Shown here: positions 1-8,259 of the stretch, piece by piece
How the letters are laid out: each line of letters starts with the position of its first letter
Numbering within the stretch: position 1 is the stretch's first letter
Origin: an uncultured Bacilli bacterium
GTDB taxonomy: Bacteria > Bacillota_I > Bacilli_A > RF39 > UBA660
Assembly: GCA_944359015.1 (NCBI GenBank)
Contig: CALVSK010000002.1
Coordinates: forward strand, 1 to 56,831
Direction of reading: 5' to 3'
DNA length: 56,831 bases
Notes under the pieces: model-generated
Seen by the model: only the letters and a program-made list of their open reading frames with translations
What the model was told of the DNA's origin: nothing
Databases searched by the model: none
Made by a program: the position numbers and the translations under genes

Positions 1-147
1 TGGGGTGTTATTTTAAAATTAATAATTTTAACTATTTTCTCTTTATTACATATCGGTCTTTATAGTTTAGTTATTGCTGAAATTGCTAATATTTTATTTG
101 TTGTTTTCCTTAATTTTAAATACTTAAACAAGTATATCAATATATAA
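1..147 (+). CDS. 3' end of a membrane-protein gene truncated by the window edge
   Basis: The frame is open from base 1 to TAA at 145-147. It translates to the hydrophobic WGVILKLIILTIFSLLHIGLYSLVIAEIANILFVVFLNFKYLNKYINI. No start codon is visible. Confidence 0.3.
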   Translation, partial: WGVILKLIILTIFSLLHIGLYSLVIAEIANILFVVFLNFKYLNKYINI

Positions 148-157
148 TTTATTTTTA

Positions 158-1267
158 TTAATTTATTCTAAATGGGTCACTGCTTGTTCCAGAACCGCTG
201 ATAAAGGTTGTTGAATGTATTAGATAGAAGCAAGGACGTGCCACATTCGACATGTATACTGGAAAATAATGTAAACTTCCTGTCGAATACACTGAATACG
301 CGTATTCATTACCAGAATTATAATTAGAAATTGTCCATTCATTGGTTTCTAAATATAGCCAATTTGAGTTTATTGCTGCATTATATGCATATAATGCAGT
401 TGCCCAATAATTTGGACTTGCTGCAAATCCATAATCACTTACATACATTAATCCTATTTTCATAATATCTGTTGCGCTACTACTATTTACGCCTAATTCC
501 ATATTGTAATATTGTTTAGCTGTGTAAGTGTTATCTCTAGCCATTCCTCCAACTTTCCATGTATGAGTTGCTATTTTGTTTTGCCATGTTGTACTTAATG
601 TATTGTAGTATGTTGTATTTAATGTATTTCTTATATCAGATGTACTCCATGTATTTACATTTTCACTATCCCACTCATAGCTTCCATAACTTGTCGAATT
701 AATTAATTTTACTTTATCATCAAACACTCCAATAATGCGATATAAATTATCACTCGAGCAAACTTCATCACAGCTTCCAAAACATACATAATTATTCGGG
801 TTCGCTCCTGCATATCGATAACTATTATCTTCTGCACTATTCGCTAAACTAGAATCATGATAATACATTCCATTTTCTCCTTGAAATGTATACAAATTTT
901 TTATATAATCAGCAAAATACATTATCTCTGGTTCTTTATCAAAGTACACATAGCACTTATCACTTTTATTTGTTTGCATTATTATTCTTTTTGTTTCTTC
1001 ATTCCAAGAAAGTGTTCCACCATTTTCACATTTAGATAATCTTTCATTAAATATATAACCTGAACTTGGCCACGAAGTATCATTTGAAATTTGGTATTTA
1101 CCACTACCAGCTTCTGTTTCATAAAGCATGCTTATGGCATTTGATGAAACAATATTATTAATTTTTTCGGATTTTAAAACCTCATTTTCTTCTTTTGGTA
1201 TAATTGTTTTTATAAATATGCATACTAATATTATTAAAAAAATAATACAAATTTTAAAATACTTCAT
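158..1267 (-). CDS. Membrane-anchored surface protein, paralog P1 of a 4-member family (copy without a hypervariable patch)
   Basis: 369-aa ORF with an N-terminal TM segment (FKICIIFLIILVCIFI). It shares YYHD..SAEDNSYRYAGANPNNYVCFGS..NLYRIIGVF..WSTSDIR.TLNTTYYN.LS..WQNKIATHTWKVGGMA..IGLMYVSDYGF..NWLYL..EWT...ARP.FYL..SG.GT..P.RI with ORFs 13974-15404 and 36560-38020. Confidence 0.8.
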   Translation of the reverse strand: MKYFKICIIFLIILVCIFIKTIIPKEENEVLKSEKINNIVSSNAISMLYETEAGSGKYQISNDTSWPSSGYIFNERLSKCENGGTLSWNEETKRIIMQTNKSDKCYVYFDKEPEIMYFADYIKNLYTFQGENGMYYHDSSLANSAEDNSYRYAGANPNNYVCFGSCDEVCSSDNLYRIIGVFDDKVKLINSTSYGSYEWDSENVNTWSTSDIRNTLNTTYYNTLSTTWQNKIATHTWKVGGMARDNTYTAKQYYNMELGVNSSSATDIMKIGLMYVSDYGFAASPNYWATALYAYNAAINSNWLYLETNEWTISNYNSGNEYAYSVYSTGSLHYFPVYMSNVARPCFYLIHSTTFISGSGTSSDPFRIN

Positions 1268-1279
1268 AATATTGTTCCC

Positions 1280-1319
1280 AACTTATTTTAGGTTACAAGT
1301 CAATAACTTATTTTAAGTT
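1280..1319. promoter_or_regulatory. Two operator-like palindromes in the divergent P1/XRE promoter region
   Basis: AACTTATTTTAGGTT (1280-1294) and AACTTATTTTAAGTT (1305-1319) are 25 bp apart start to start. The second is a perfect AACTT-N5-AAGTT inverted repeat. Both lie between the divergent starts at 1267 and 1345. Confidence 0.4.
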
Positions 1320-1344
1320 GTGATATTTTCTTTTTGGTGATAAC

Positions 1345-1590
1345 ATGAATAGATTAAGAGAATTAAGAGAAGATAAAGATTTATTTCAAAAAAATATTGC
1401 AGAATATTTAAATATGTCTCAAACTGGATATTCTCAATATGAAACTGAAACTAATGATATACCTACTGAAGTTTTAAAAAAATTAGCTAAGTTTTATGAT
1501 ACTAGTATTGATTATTTATTATATGAAACTGATGAACGAAAACCTTATCCAAAGTCTATAATGCAAATAAAAAATGAATCTAAAAAATAG
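1345..1590 (+). CDS. XRE/Cro-C1-type helix-turn-helix transcriptional regulator
   Basis: The 81-aa ORF carries LRELREDKDLFQKNIAEYLNMSQTGYSQYETETNDIPTEVLKKLAKFYDTSIDYLL, a typical HTH_XRE layout. Confidence 0.85.
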   Translation: MNRLRELREDKDLFQKNIAEYLNMSQTGYSQYETETNDIPTEVLKKLAKFYDTSIDYLLYETDERKPYPKSIMQIKNESKK

Positions 1591-1605
1591 TCTAGATTCA
1601 TTTTT
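1571..1605. terminator. Bidirectional hairpin terminator between the XRE gene and tig
   Basis: ATGAATCTA ... TAGATTCAT inverted repeat with an A-run before it and a T-run after it. Confidence 0.55.
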
Positions 1606-1611
1606 ACTTTA

Positions 1612-2859
1612 TTAATTGTTTTCTTTTATAATTTCTAAGGCTTTATGCATTTTTAAATCATATTCAATTATGTCCATTGAACCATAAGCTTTAACTAATT
1701 CTTCAACAGATATTCCATATTGTTTTGCCATTTCTTCAGCTCTAGCCTTAATTTCTTCTTCAGTAAATTTTAAAGCTTCTTTTATTGCTACTTCTTCAAT
1801 TAGATAACGATATTTTACACGTTTTGTTGCTTCAGGTTCCATCATTTTGTGTAAATCTTCTTCTTTAGTTCCTGTCATTTTATAATAGTCATCTATGTTC
1901 ATTCCTTGCATTTTTAATTGATTTGCATATTGGTCAAGCATACGATGAACTTCATCTTCAATTATTTCTTCATTTATTTCAACTTTCATGTTTTCTGCAG
2001 CTTTTTCCAAGCATTTTTCTACAAATTCATCTTCTATTTGATGTTCTTTGCTGTGTTTAATATCTTCTTTTATTTTTTCTTTTAATTCTTCTTCAGTTTT
2101 AACATCTTCATATCCTAAATCTTTAAAGAAATCTTCATTTATGTCTGGTAAAACTCTAGTTTTTACTTCATTTATTTTAACTTTAAATGTTACATCTTTA
2201 CCTTTTAAATCTTCAACATAGTTTTCAGGAAATGTTAATTTTAATGTTTTTTCTTCTCCACTCTTAGCACCAACTAAACCTTCTTCAAAACCAGGAATAA
2301 ATGAATGAGAACCTATTTCAAGCGGATAATTTTCTCCTTTTGCTCCTTCAATTTCTTCACCATCAACTATACCAGTAAAATCTATTATTGCTGTGTCCCC
2401 TTCTGCAATAAATCCATTTTCCTTAATAACTACATCTGCTAAATGTTCTCTTAAATGGTCAATTTCATTTTTAACTTCTTCATCACTTACTTTTGCTTTT
2501 TCTTTTTTAATTTTTAAGTTTTTGTATTCTCCTAAAGTAATTTCTGGTTTGGTTATAATTGTAAATTTAAAAATAACATTTGAATCACTAATTCCAGTTA
2601 CATCTACTCTTGGTTCAATTACTGGAACTAATTTATTTTCTTCTAATGCTTTTTTGTAGGCAACACTAATTGATGCATCAACTGCATCCATATATAGTGA
2701 TTCTATACCAAATTTTTTCAAATAAACATCTTTTGGTGCAGAGCCTTTTCTAAAACCGTCAATTTTTGTTTCTTTGTTTTTTTTCTTAAATGCTGCATCT
2801 AATGCAGATTTCCATTCCTTGTCTAATTTAATTTCAATTTCATGTACATTCTTTTTCAT
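1612..2859 (-). CDS. tig: Trigger factor
   Basis: 415 aa. It has the N-terminal GFRKGSAPK ribosome-binding signature, a central FKBP-like region (IPGFEEGLVG) and an acidic helical C-terminus. Confidence 0.93.
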   Translation of the reverse strand: MKKNVHEIEIKLDKEWKSALDAAFKKKNKETKIDGFRKGSAPKDVYLKKFGIESLYMDAVDASISVAYKKALEENKLVPVIEPRVDVTGISDSNVIFKFTIITKPEITLGEYKNLKIKKEKAKVSDEEVKNEIDHLREHLADVVIKENGFIAEGDTAIIDFTGIVDGEEIEGAKGENYPLEIGSHSFIPGFEEGLVGAKSGEEKTLKLTFPENYVEDLKGKDVTFKVKINEVKTRVLPDINEDFFKDLGYEDVKTEEELKEKIKEDIKHSKEHQIEDEFVEKCLEKAAENMKVEINEEIIEDEVHRMLDQYANQLKMQGMNIDDYYKMTGTKEEDLHKMMEPEATKRVKYRYLIEEVAIKEALKFTEEEIKARAEEMAKQYGISVEELVKAYGSMDIIEYDLKMHKALEIIKENN

Positions 2860-2919
2860 AAATATTCCTTCCTAACAGTTTATATTATATTATAAATAAC
2901 TTGTTTTAGCAATTTATTT

Positions 2920-2950
2920 TAAATAAACAAAACTAACTTTGCGTTAGTTT
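2920..2950 (-). terminator. Hairpin overlapping the greA stop codon
   Basis: AAACTAAC-TTTGC-GTTAGTTT, followed on the minus strand by T-rich sequence. Confidence 0.45.
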
Positions 2951-3416
2951 ATGCTATTTTTTCAATTTTTATATTATATCCGCCGTTTGGACTTGCTACC
3001 TCAACTACATCTCCAATTTTATGTTTAAGCAATGCTATTCCTAATGGTGATTCATTAGAAATTTTATTTTCAAATGGGTCAGCTTCCATTGAACCTACTA
3101 ATTTATATTCTTCTGTTTCGCCATCATCATAACTAATTGTTACAGTAGAACCTAAATTTACTTCATTATTATTTTTATTATCAATTATTTCAGCGTGTTC
3201 TAATTTGTATTCTAATTCTTGGATTTTAGCCTCAATCATTGCTTGTTCATTTCTTGCTGCATCATAATCAGCATTTTCAGATAAATCTCCTTGTGCCCTA
3301 GCTTCCTTTAAAGCCTTAATTACTTCTGGACGGCGAACATTCTTTAGTTCGTTTAACTCATTTTCTGCTTCAATAAATCCCTCAGCAGTCATTATAAATT
3401 TATTATCATTTTTCAT
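2949..3416 (-). CDS. greA: Transcription elongation factor GreA
   Basis: 155 aa with a GDLSENADYDAARNEQ coiled-coil motif and a C-terminal FKBP-like domain. Confidence 0.93.
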   Translation of the reverse strand: MKNDNKFIMTAEGFIEAENELNELKNVRRPEVIKALKEARAQGDLSENADYDAARNEQAMIEAKIQELEYKLEHAEIIDNKNNNEVNLGSTVTISYDDGETEEYKLVGSMEADPFENKISNESPLGIALLKHKIGDVVEVASPNGGYNIKIEKIA

Positions 3417-3461
3417 TATATTTTTTCTCCTTTTTTATTTAACTACCAGTTCATAATATTA

Positions 3462-4649
3462 CTATAAAAAATCATTTTTGTCAAATGCTTTTATTCGCAT
3501 CATTGTATTTTTTGATAGTCTCTTATTTATTGGTATTTTTACGATTTTTTTAGGGTGCCTTGATGCTTCTATTTCTTCAAAGTCATCATTATATATTTTA
3601 TTTATCTTATAATTAAAAGTTTCCATATCAGGGCCAAAAAATTGAACTTCATCACCAATTTTAAAATAATTCCTGCTTTCAACTATTGCTAATTTATTAA
3701 CCTCATCATAATCTATTACTAAACCTAAAAAATCTTGATTTGATACTTCTATTCTGCCATCAAAATATTGTTCATTTACTCCCGGCAATTTATCATAAAA
3801 TTGGGGAGTAGATTCACGATTTGCACATCTATTTAAAATGTTTAAATAGTATTTTTCTAATCCTATTGTTAGTTCATCTTTTATTGCTGCATCGATTATT
3901 CTTCGATAACAAAGTATTACTGTTGCTACATAATATATTGAACGCATTCTTCCTTCTATTTTAAATGAATCTATTTTTAAATCTATTTCATCTTTAATAA
4001 ATGGGAGCATATTTAAATCTTTGGGCATAATTGTTAAATCAGGTTTACCATCGATTAAAAAATTCCATCTACATATTTGAGCACATCCCCCACGATTAGA
4101 ATCTCTAAGTGTCATATAATTAGATAAAACACATTTGCCACTAAATGAAGTACACATTGCTCCATGAATAAAAGTTTCTACTTCTATTCCACGTTCTTTT
4201 ATTAATTTTATTTCTTTTCTTGATGCTTCTCTTGCTAATACTATTCTTTTTACTCCTAATTTTTTCCAAAAATCAACTGCTTTTTTATTTAAAACGCTTG
4301 CTTGAGTCGATAAACATAAATGTAATTTTAATCCAAGTTTTTTTACCCTTTTTATAATCAATATATCACTTGCTATTATTCCATCAACATTTATTTTATC
4401 TAAATAAATTAAATATTCATCTATTCCTTTTAAATCTGCGTTATGAAATACTATATTTACTGTTACATAAACTTTTTTATTAAGTTTGTGTGCATATTGT
4501 GTTGCACTTTTTATTTCTTCGTTACTAAAGTTTTTAGCATTTGCTCTTAAACTATAATTTTGTCCCCCAAAATACACAGCATCTGCCCCATATAAAAATG
4601 CAAATTCTAATTTTTCAAAATCACCAGCTGGGGCTAGTAATTCAGGCAT
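3462..4649 (-). CDS. Peptidase U32 family protein (B. subtilis YrrO-like; tRNA U34 hydroxylation family)
   Basis: 395 aa beginning PELLAPAG..EKL..A...GADAVYFGG, the typical U32 N-terminus. Its position matches the yrrM-yrrN-yrrO cluster order. Confidence 0.85.
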   Translation of the reverse strand: MPELLAPAGDFEKLEFAFLYGADAVYFGGQNYSLRANAKNFSNEEIKSATQYAHKLNKKVYVTVNIVFHNADLKGIDEYLIYLDKINVDGIIASDILIIKRVKKLGLKLHLCLSTQASVLNKKAVDFWKKLGVKRIVLAREASRKEIKLIKERGIEVETFIHGAMCTSFSGKCVLSNYMTLRDSNRGGCAQICRWNFLIDGKPDLTIMPKDLNMLPFIKDEIDLKIDSFKIEGRMRSIYYVATVILCYRRIIDAAIKDELTIGLEKYYLNILNRCANRESTPQFYDKLPGVNEQYFDGRIEVSNQDFLGLVIDYDEVNKLAIVESRNYFKIGDEVQFFGPDMETFNYKINKIYNDDFEEIEASRHPKKIVKIPINKRLSKNTMMRIKAFDKNDFL

Positions 4650-5418
4650 CTATATCACCTACTTTATATATTGTTGCTTTATTTAAAAATAATTCATCAC
4701 ACTCGATATTTTCTACATTATTTTCTTTTATTAATTTTAAAGTATCTTCCTTATTTAACAGCGTAGTATCATACCAATAAAAAAATACATTTTCTAATTC
4801 TAATAGTTTTAAAGCATTATAATATTTTAAAGCATAAAACTTAGTCCCATACTCATTTTCAATTATTCTAAATTTTTTATTTTCTATACTTGCTACTTCA
4901 TTATTCTTAAATTCTAAATTATGAAATTTATTATAATTTGTTAAAAGTAACCTTCTAGAATACATTAAAGTTTTTAAACCAAATACATTAAGTACTAAGC
5001 CTTTTTTACTTTTATTAAGTATTTCTTTAATTTCTTCTTCTGTTAAATCATTAGATACTACAACACTATCTACATATTCTAAATAATAATTAATTGATTC
5101 ATAATTAGTTGCTAAATGGTCAAGTAATAATATTTTAACTATATTTAAATCTTTTATAATATCTAATACTCCTAAATCATCAAAGACAATACCTTTTATA
5201 TTACCCTTACCCTTATTTAATACTTTTTTTAATAAATCTAAATCTTCATCATCTAATATTCTATTTACTAATACAAAATCATCAATTTCTTCTATTTCAA
5301 ACAGAACTTCATTGCCAACACAAAAAGATTTAAGAGGATATAGAAGTGTTACATTATCAATTTCTCTTAAATCATTTATTATTTCTTTGCTATTTACAGT
5401 TACTAATTTCTTTTTCAT
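4642..5418 (-). CDS. Short U32-family protein (YrrN-like)
   Basis: 258 aa, overlapping the start of the downstream U32 gene. It shows U32-like stretches (GIVFDDLGVLDII ... SNDLTEEEI ... VFGLKTLMYSRR) and sits in the YrrN position. Confidence 0.6.
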   Translation of the reverse strand: MKKKLVTVNSKEIINDLREIDNVTLLYPLKSFCVGNEVLFEIEEIDDFVLVNRILDDEDLDLLKKVLNKGKGNIKGIVFDDLGVLDIIKDLNIVKILLLDHLATNYESINYYLEYVDSVVVSNDLTEEEIKEILNKSKKGLVLNVFGLKTLMYSRRLLLTNYNKFHNLEFKNNEVASIENKKFRIIENEYGTKFYALKYYNALKLLELENVFFYWYDTTLLNKEDTLKLIKENNVENIECDELFLNKATIYKVGDIDA

Positions 5419-5419
5419 T

Positions 5420-6010
5420 TTATTCTTTCATCTTACTTATTGAAAGCCCATCACCAATATTTTCAAATTTTGTTTCAAATTCTGTATTATTTTTTAAAAA
5501 TTCGATGTAACTTTCAATCTTTTCAACTAAACTTTTTAAATTGCCTTTATCTAATTTGTTTGATTCTCCAACATATCCATGAAAATTAAGATTATCAGTA
5601 ATTATTATTCCCCCAGGATTTAAAAAATGTTTGTACTTTTCAAAAAATTTTATATATTGTCCTTTCGCTGCATCAATAAATATTAAATCATATTTTAGTT
5701 CATCACTTAAATTTAATTCTAATGCATCTTGAAAAACTACATTTATTTTCTTTTCCATTCCACACTTTTTGACATTTTTTAAACATTCCATGTATCTATT
5801 TTCATCACGCTCTATAGTTGTTACTGTTACTTCTTTCGTACTTGATGCCATTAATATAGCAGAATAACCTATAGCACTACCTATTTCTAAAATACTTTTT
5901 ACGTTATGTTCCTTAATGTATTTCATTATGTATACAATTGATTTTTTTTCTATTATTGGTACATTATTTTCAATTGCATACTTTTCCATTTCTAATATAT
6001 GTTCTTTCAA
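5420..6010 (-). CDS. SAM-dependent O-methyltransferase, class I family 3 (YrrM/TrmR-like)
   Basis: 196 aa with a SAM motif (ILEIGSAIGYS) and an FIDAAKGQY motif. It sits in the yrrM position. Confidence 0.8.
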   Translation of the reverse strand: MKEHILEMEKYAIENNVPIIEKKSIVYIMKYIKEHNVKSILEIGSAIGYSAILMASSTKEVTVTTIERDENRYMECLKNVKKCGMEKKINVVFQDALELNLSDELKYDLIFIDAAKGQYIKFFEKYKHFLNPGGIIITDNLNFHGYVGESNKLDKGNLKSLVEKIESYIEFLKNNTEFETKFENIGDGLSISKMKE

Positions 6011-6021
6011 AATTTATCACC

Positions 6022-7068
6022 TTATCCATATATCTCTTTTAATTCTAAAAATTCTTCATAACTATCTGTAAAATATACATTACCAGTTATTATATCAGCA
6101 TAAAAATACACATAATTTGTATCTGCTGGTTCTAAAACTGCTTTTATGCTCTCAATAGATGGATTGCAAATCGGACCTATTGGCAAACCTAAAAAATCAG
6201 TTCTACGAGTATTATAAGGATTATCATCATTTAAGTCAACATTTGTTAAATTTTCCTTCATACTCTTTCCTACTCCATAATAAGTTGTTACATCCATACC
6301 AAGATTCATATTAATATCTAATCTTTTATATATTACTTGGCTAACTTTTGTCCTATCTTCATAACTTACAGCTTCTTTTTCTACTATACTTGCCATAGTA
6401 AAAATTTCATGTATATTATACTTGCTATTTTCAATTTCTTCTTTATATTCTTCTAATCTCTTGGATGTTTCATTCAATATTTTTTTTATTGCACTTTCTA
6501 ATGTTGTATCAACATAAAAATTGTAAGTATTAGGAAATAAATATCCTTCAAGTGCATAATATATATCATCTTTTAATATATCTTCAGTTAAAAACCAATA
6601 TTCATTAATTAAATTATTTAAAAACTCTTTTTCATTTATTTCTTCAATTATTTCATCATATTCAAGTACTGTGTTATCTGCCAGTAACTTTAAATATTCT
6701 TTTAATGTTATACCTTCATTAAATGTAATTGTTACTTCTTCTTTCTTGCTATTCATTATATCCCCATTAGCTAATATTTCAATTATTTTTCCAGTAGACA
6801 TATCTCTTTTTAATTCGTATTTTCCCGCCTGGATATTGGTATTGCCACTTAAAAAAATATATATTAATGTTACATACTTGTTTCTAATTAAATTTGCATT
6901 TTTTAAATTATCTACAATTTCTTCTTTACTATCTCCATTATTAACTACAAAATTTATTATTTCATTTTTATTAGATACTTTTCTTAATGACAAACAAAAA
7001 AAACTACTGAGTAATATAATAACTATTAATATTACTCCTAATATTATTGCTATTTTCTTTTTAGTCAT
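6022..7068 (-). CDS. mltG: Endolytic murein transglycosylase MltG (YceG-like)
   Basis: 348 aa with an N-terminal TM segment and the C-terminal YceG signature NPYNTRRTDFLGLPIGPICNP. Confidence 0.9.
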   Translation of the reverse strand: MTKKKIAIILGVILIVIILLSSFFCLSLRKVSNKNEIINFVVNNGDSKEEIVDNLKNANLIRNKYVTLIYIFLSGNTNIQAGKYELKRDMSTGKIIEILANGDIMNSKKEEVTITFNEGITLKEYLKLLADNTVLEYDEIIEEINEKEFLNNLINEYWFLTEDILKDDIYYALEGYLFPNTYNFYVDTTLESAIKKILNETSKRLEEYKEEIENSKYNIHEIFTMASIVEKEAVSYEDRTKVSQVIYKRLDINMNLGMDVTTYYGVGKSMKENLTNVDLNDDNPYNTRRTDFLGLPIGPICNPSIESIKAVLEPADTNYVYFYADIITGNVYFTDSYEEFLELKEIYG

Positions 7069-7333
7069 TTACTTCACTTCCATTCATTTTTCTTTGAATT
7101 TGAATTAATATTGTATCTAAGAACTCTAATATTGTATCATCTTCAACTGGTTTAACATGTTGTTTACCGTCTTTAAATTCGTAATTTCCAGCATACGCAA
7201 TTGTATCTCCGCATTCATTTTCTTCATGTTTAGTATATATTATATAATTATTATCATTTAACTCTATATTAATTAGTATGTCATAAATTTCTTTTCCATC
7301 ATCTTTTTCTATTATTAATTTATTTTCTTTCAT
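7061..7333 (-). CDS. DUF1292 (UPF0473, YrzB-like) protein
   Basis: 90 aa, acidic. It has the D.GKE..Y.IL...E.....Y pattern and lies between ruvX and mltG as in Bacillus. Confidence 0.75.
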   Translation of the reverse strand: MKENKLIIEKDDGKEIYDILINIELNDNNYIIYTKHEENECGDTIAYAGNYEFKDGKQHVKPVEDDTILEFLDTILIQIQRKMNGSEVND

Positions 7334-7748
7334 CTTGATTCCTTTTTAAAAATTTTTCTAATATTAACACTGCTGATAAAATATCTTTTTTACCACTTTT
7401 ATTTATTTTTTTTGTTCCGTTTTGTTTCATTATATTTATTGCTTCTACTGTTGTTAATCTCTCATCTTCTAAATAAACTTTTATATCGTTTTCTTCAAGC
7501 ATTTTTTTAAAATTTAAACTCCTTTTAGCAGCAAAACCTTCAGTGTTATCCATATTTTTAGGCAGACCCAATACAACTTCATTTATATTATTTTCTTTTA
7601 ATATAATAAGTAATTTTTCTAATGCTTGTTCATAGTTTTCTTTTGTAAATTCAATTAATGTCAAAGGATTTGCTAAAGTATTTGTCTTATCACTTATTGC
7701 CACTCCTAATGTTTTAATTCCTAAGTCTAATCCTATATATCTTTTCAT
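7320..7748 (-). CDS. ruvX: Holliday-junction-resolvase-like nuclease RuvX/YqgF
   Basis: 142 aa with RYIGLDLGIKTLGVAISD at the N-terminus and DERLTT near the C-terminus. Confidence 0.9.
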   Translation of the reverse strand: MKRYIGLDLGIKTLGVAISDKTNTLANPLTLIEFTKENYEQALEKLLIILKENNINEVVLGLPKNMDNTEGFAAKRSLNFKKMLEENDIKVYLEDERLTTVEAINIMKQNGTKKINKSGKKDILSAVLILEKFLKRNQDERK

Positions 7749-7993
7749 TTACCCATATATGAATTTAATAAAGCCATTAATATTTCACTACGTTCATACT
7801 TACTAATTTTTTTTCTTGAATCATTAAATGTTGTAATATATTTATAATCTCCTGTTGTTAAATATCCAACTAATTGATTGGTGGGATTATATCCTTTAAA
7901 TTCTAATGCTTCAATTACTTCATTTAAAGTTATTAATATTAATTCTTGTCTTAATTCTGCTACATTAAATATTGATGTTTTATTTAAATCCAT
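7745..7993 (-). CDS. ireB: IreB family regulatory phosphoprotein (UPF0297, YrzL-like)
   Basis: 82 aa with a KGYNPTNQLVGYLTTGD motif. Confidence 0.85.
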   Translation of the reverse strand: MDLNKTSIFNVAELRQELILITLNEVIEALEFKGYNPTNQLVGYLTTGDYKYITTFNDSRKKISKYERSEILMALLNSYMGK

Positions 7994-8049
7994 ATATTCA
8001 CCTTCTTTACTTCAAAATAATTCTAACAAAAATATTGCTTTTAAGCAAG

Positions 8050-8259
8050 TTAATTCAAGTTCATTTCTATATCACTTGCATATTCAATATTAAAATAATT
8101 ATTTAATGTAAATTTAACCTCTAAACCACTTTTTAAATAATCTGGTTCAAATAGTAAATTATCAAATAAAAAATAGTACATTTTATCATCATAACCAATT
8201 ATATAACCACAATTTTCAGAATAATCAAACCATTTTACCAAACCATAGATTTTTTGCAT
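8050..8259 (-). CDS. Small cold-shock-domain-like (OB-fold) protein, divergent
   Basis: The 69-aa sequence GLVKWFDYSENCGYIIGYDDKMYYFLFDNLL....LKSGLEVKFTL follows the GxVKWF..KGYGFI...D.F.H......L..G..V.F layout of CspA-type proteins. Its start ATG overlaps the upstream stop (TAATG), with a GGAGG ribosome-binding site inside the upstream ORF. Confidence 0.55.
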   Translation of the reverse strand: MQKIYGLVKWFDYSENCGYIIGYDDKMYYFLFDNLLFEPDYLKSGLEVKFTLNNYFNIEYASDIEMNLN

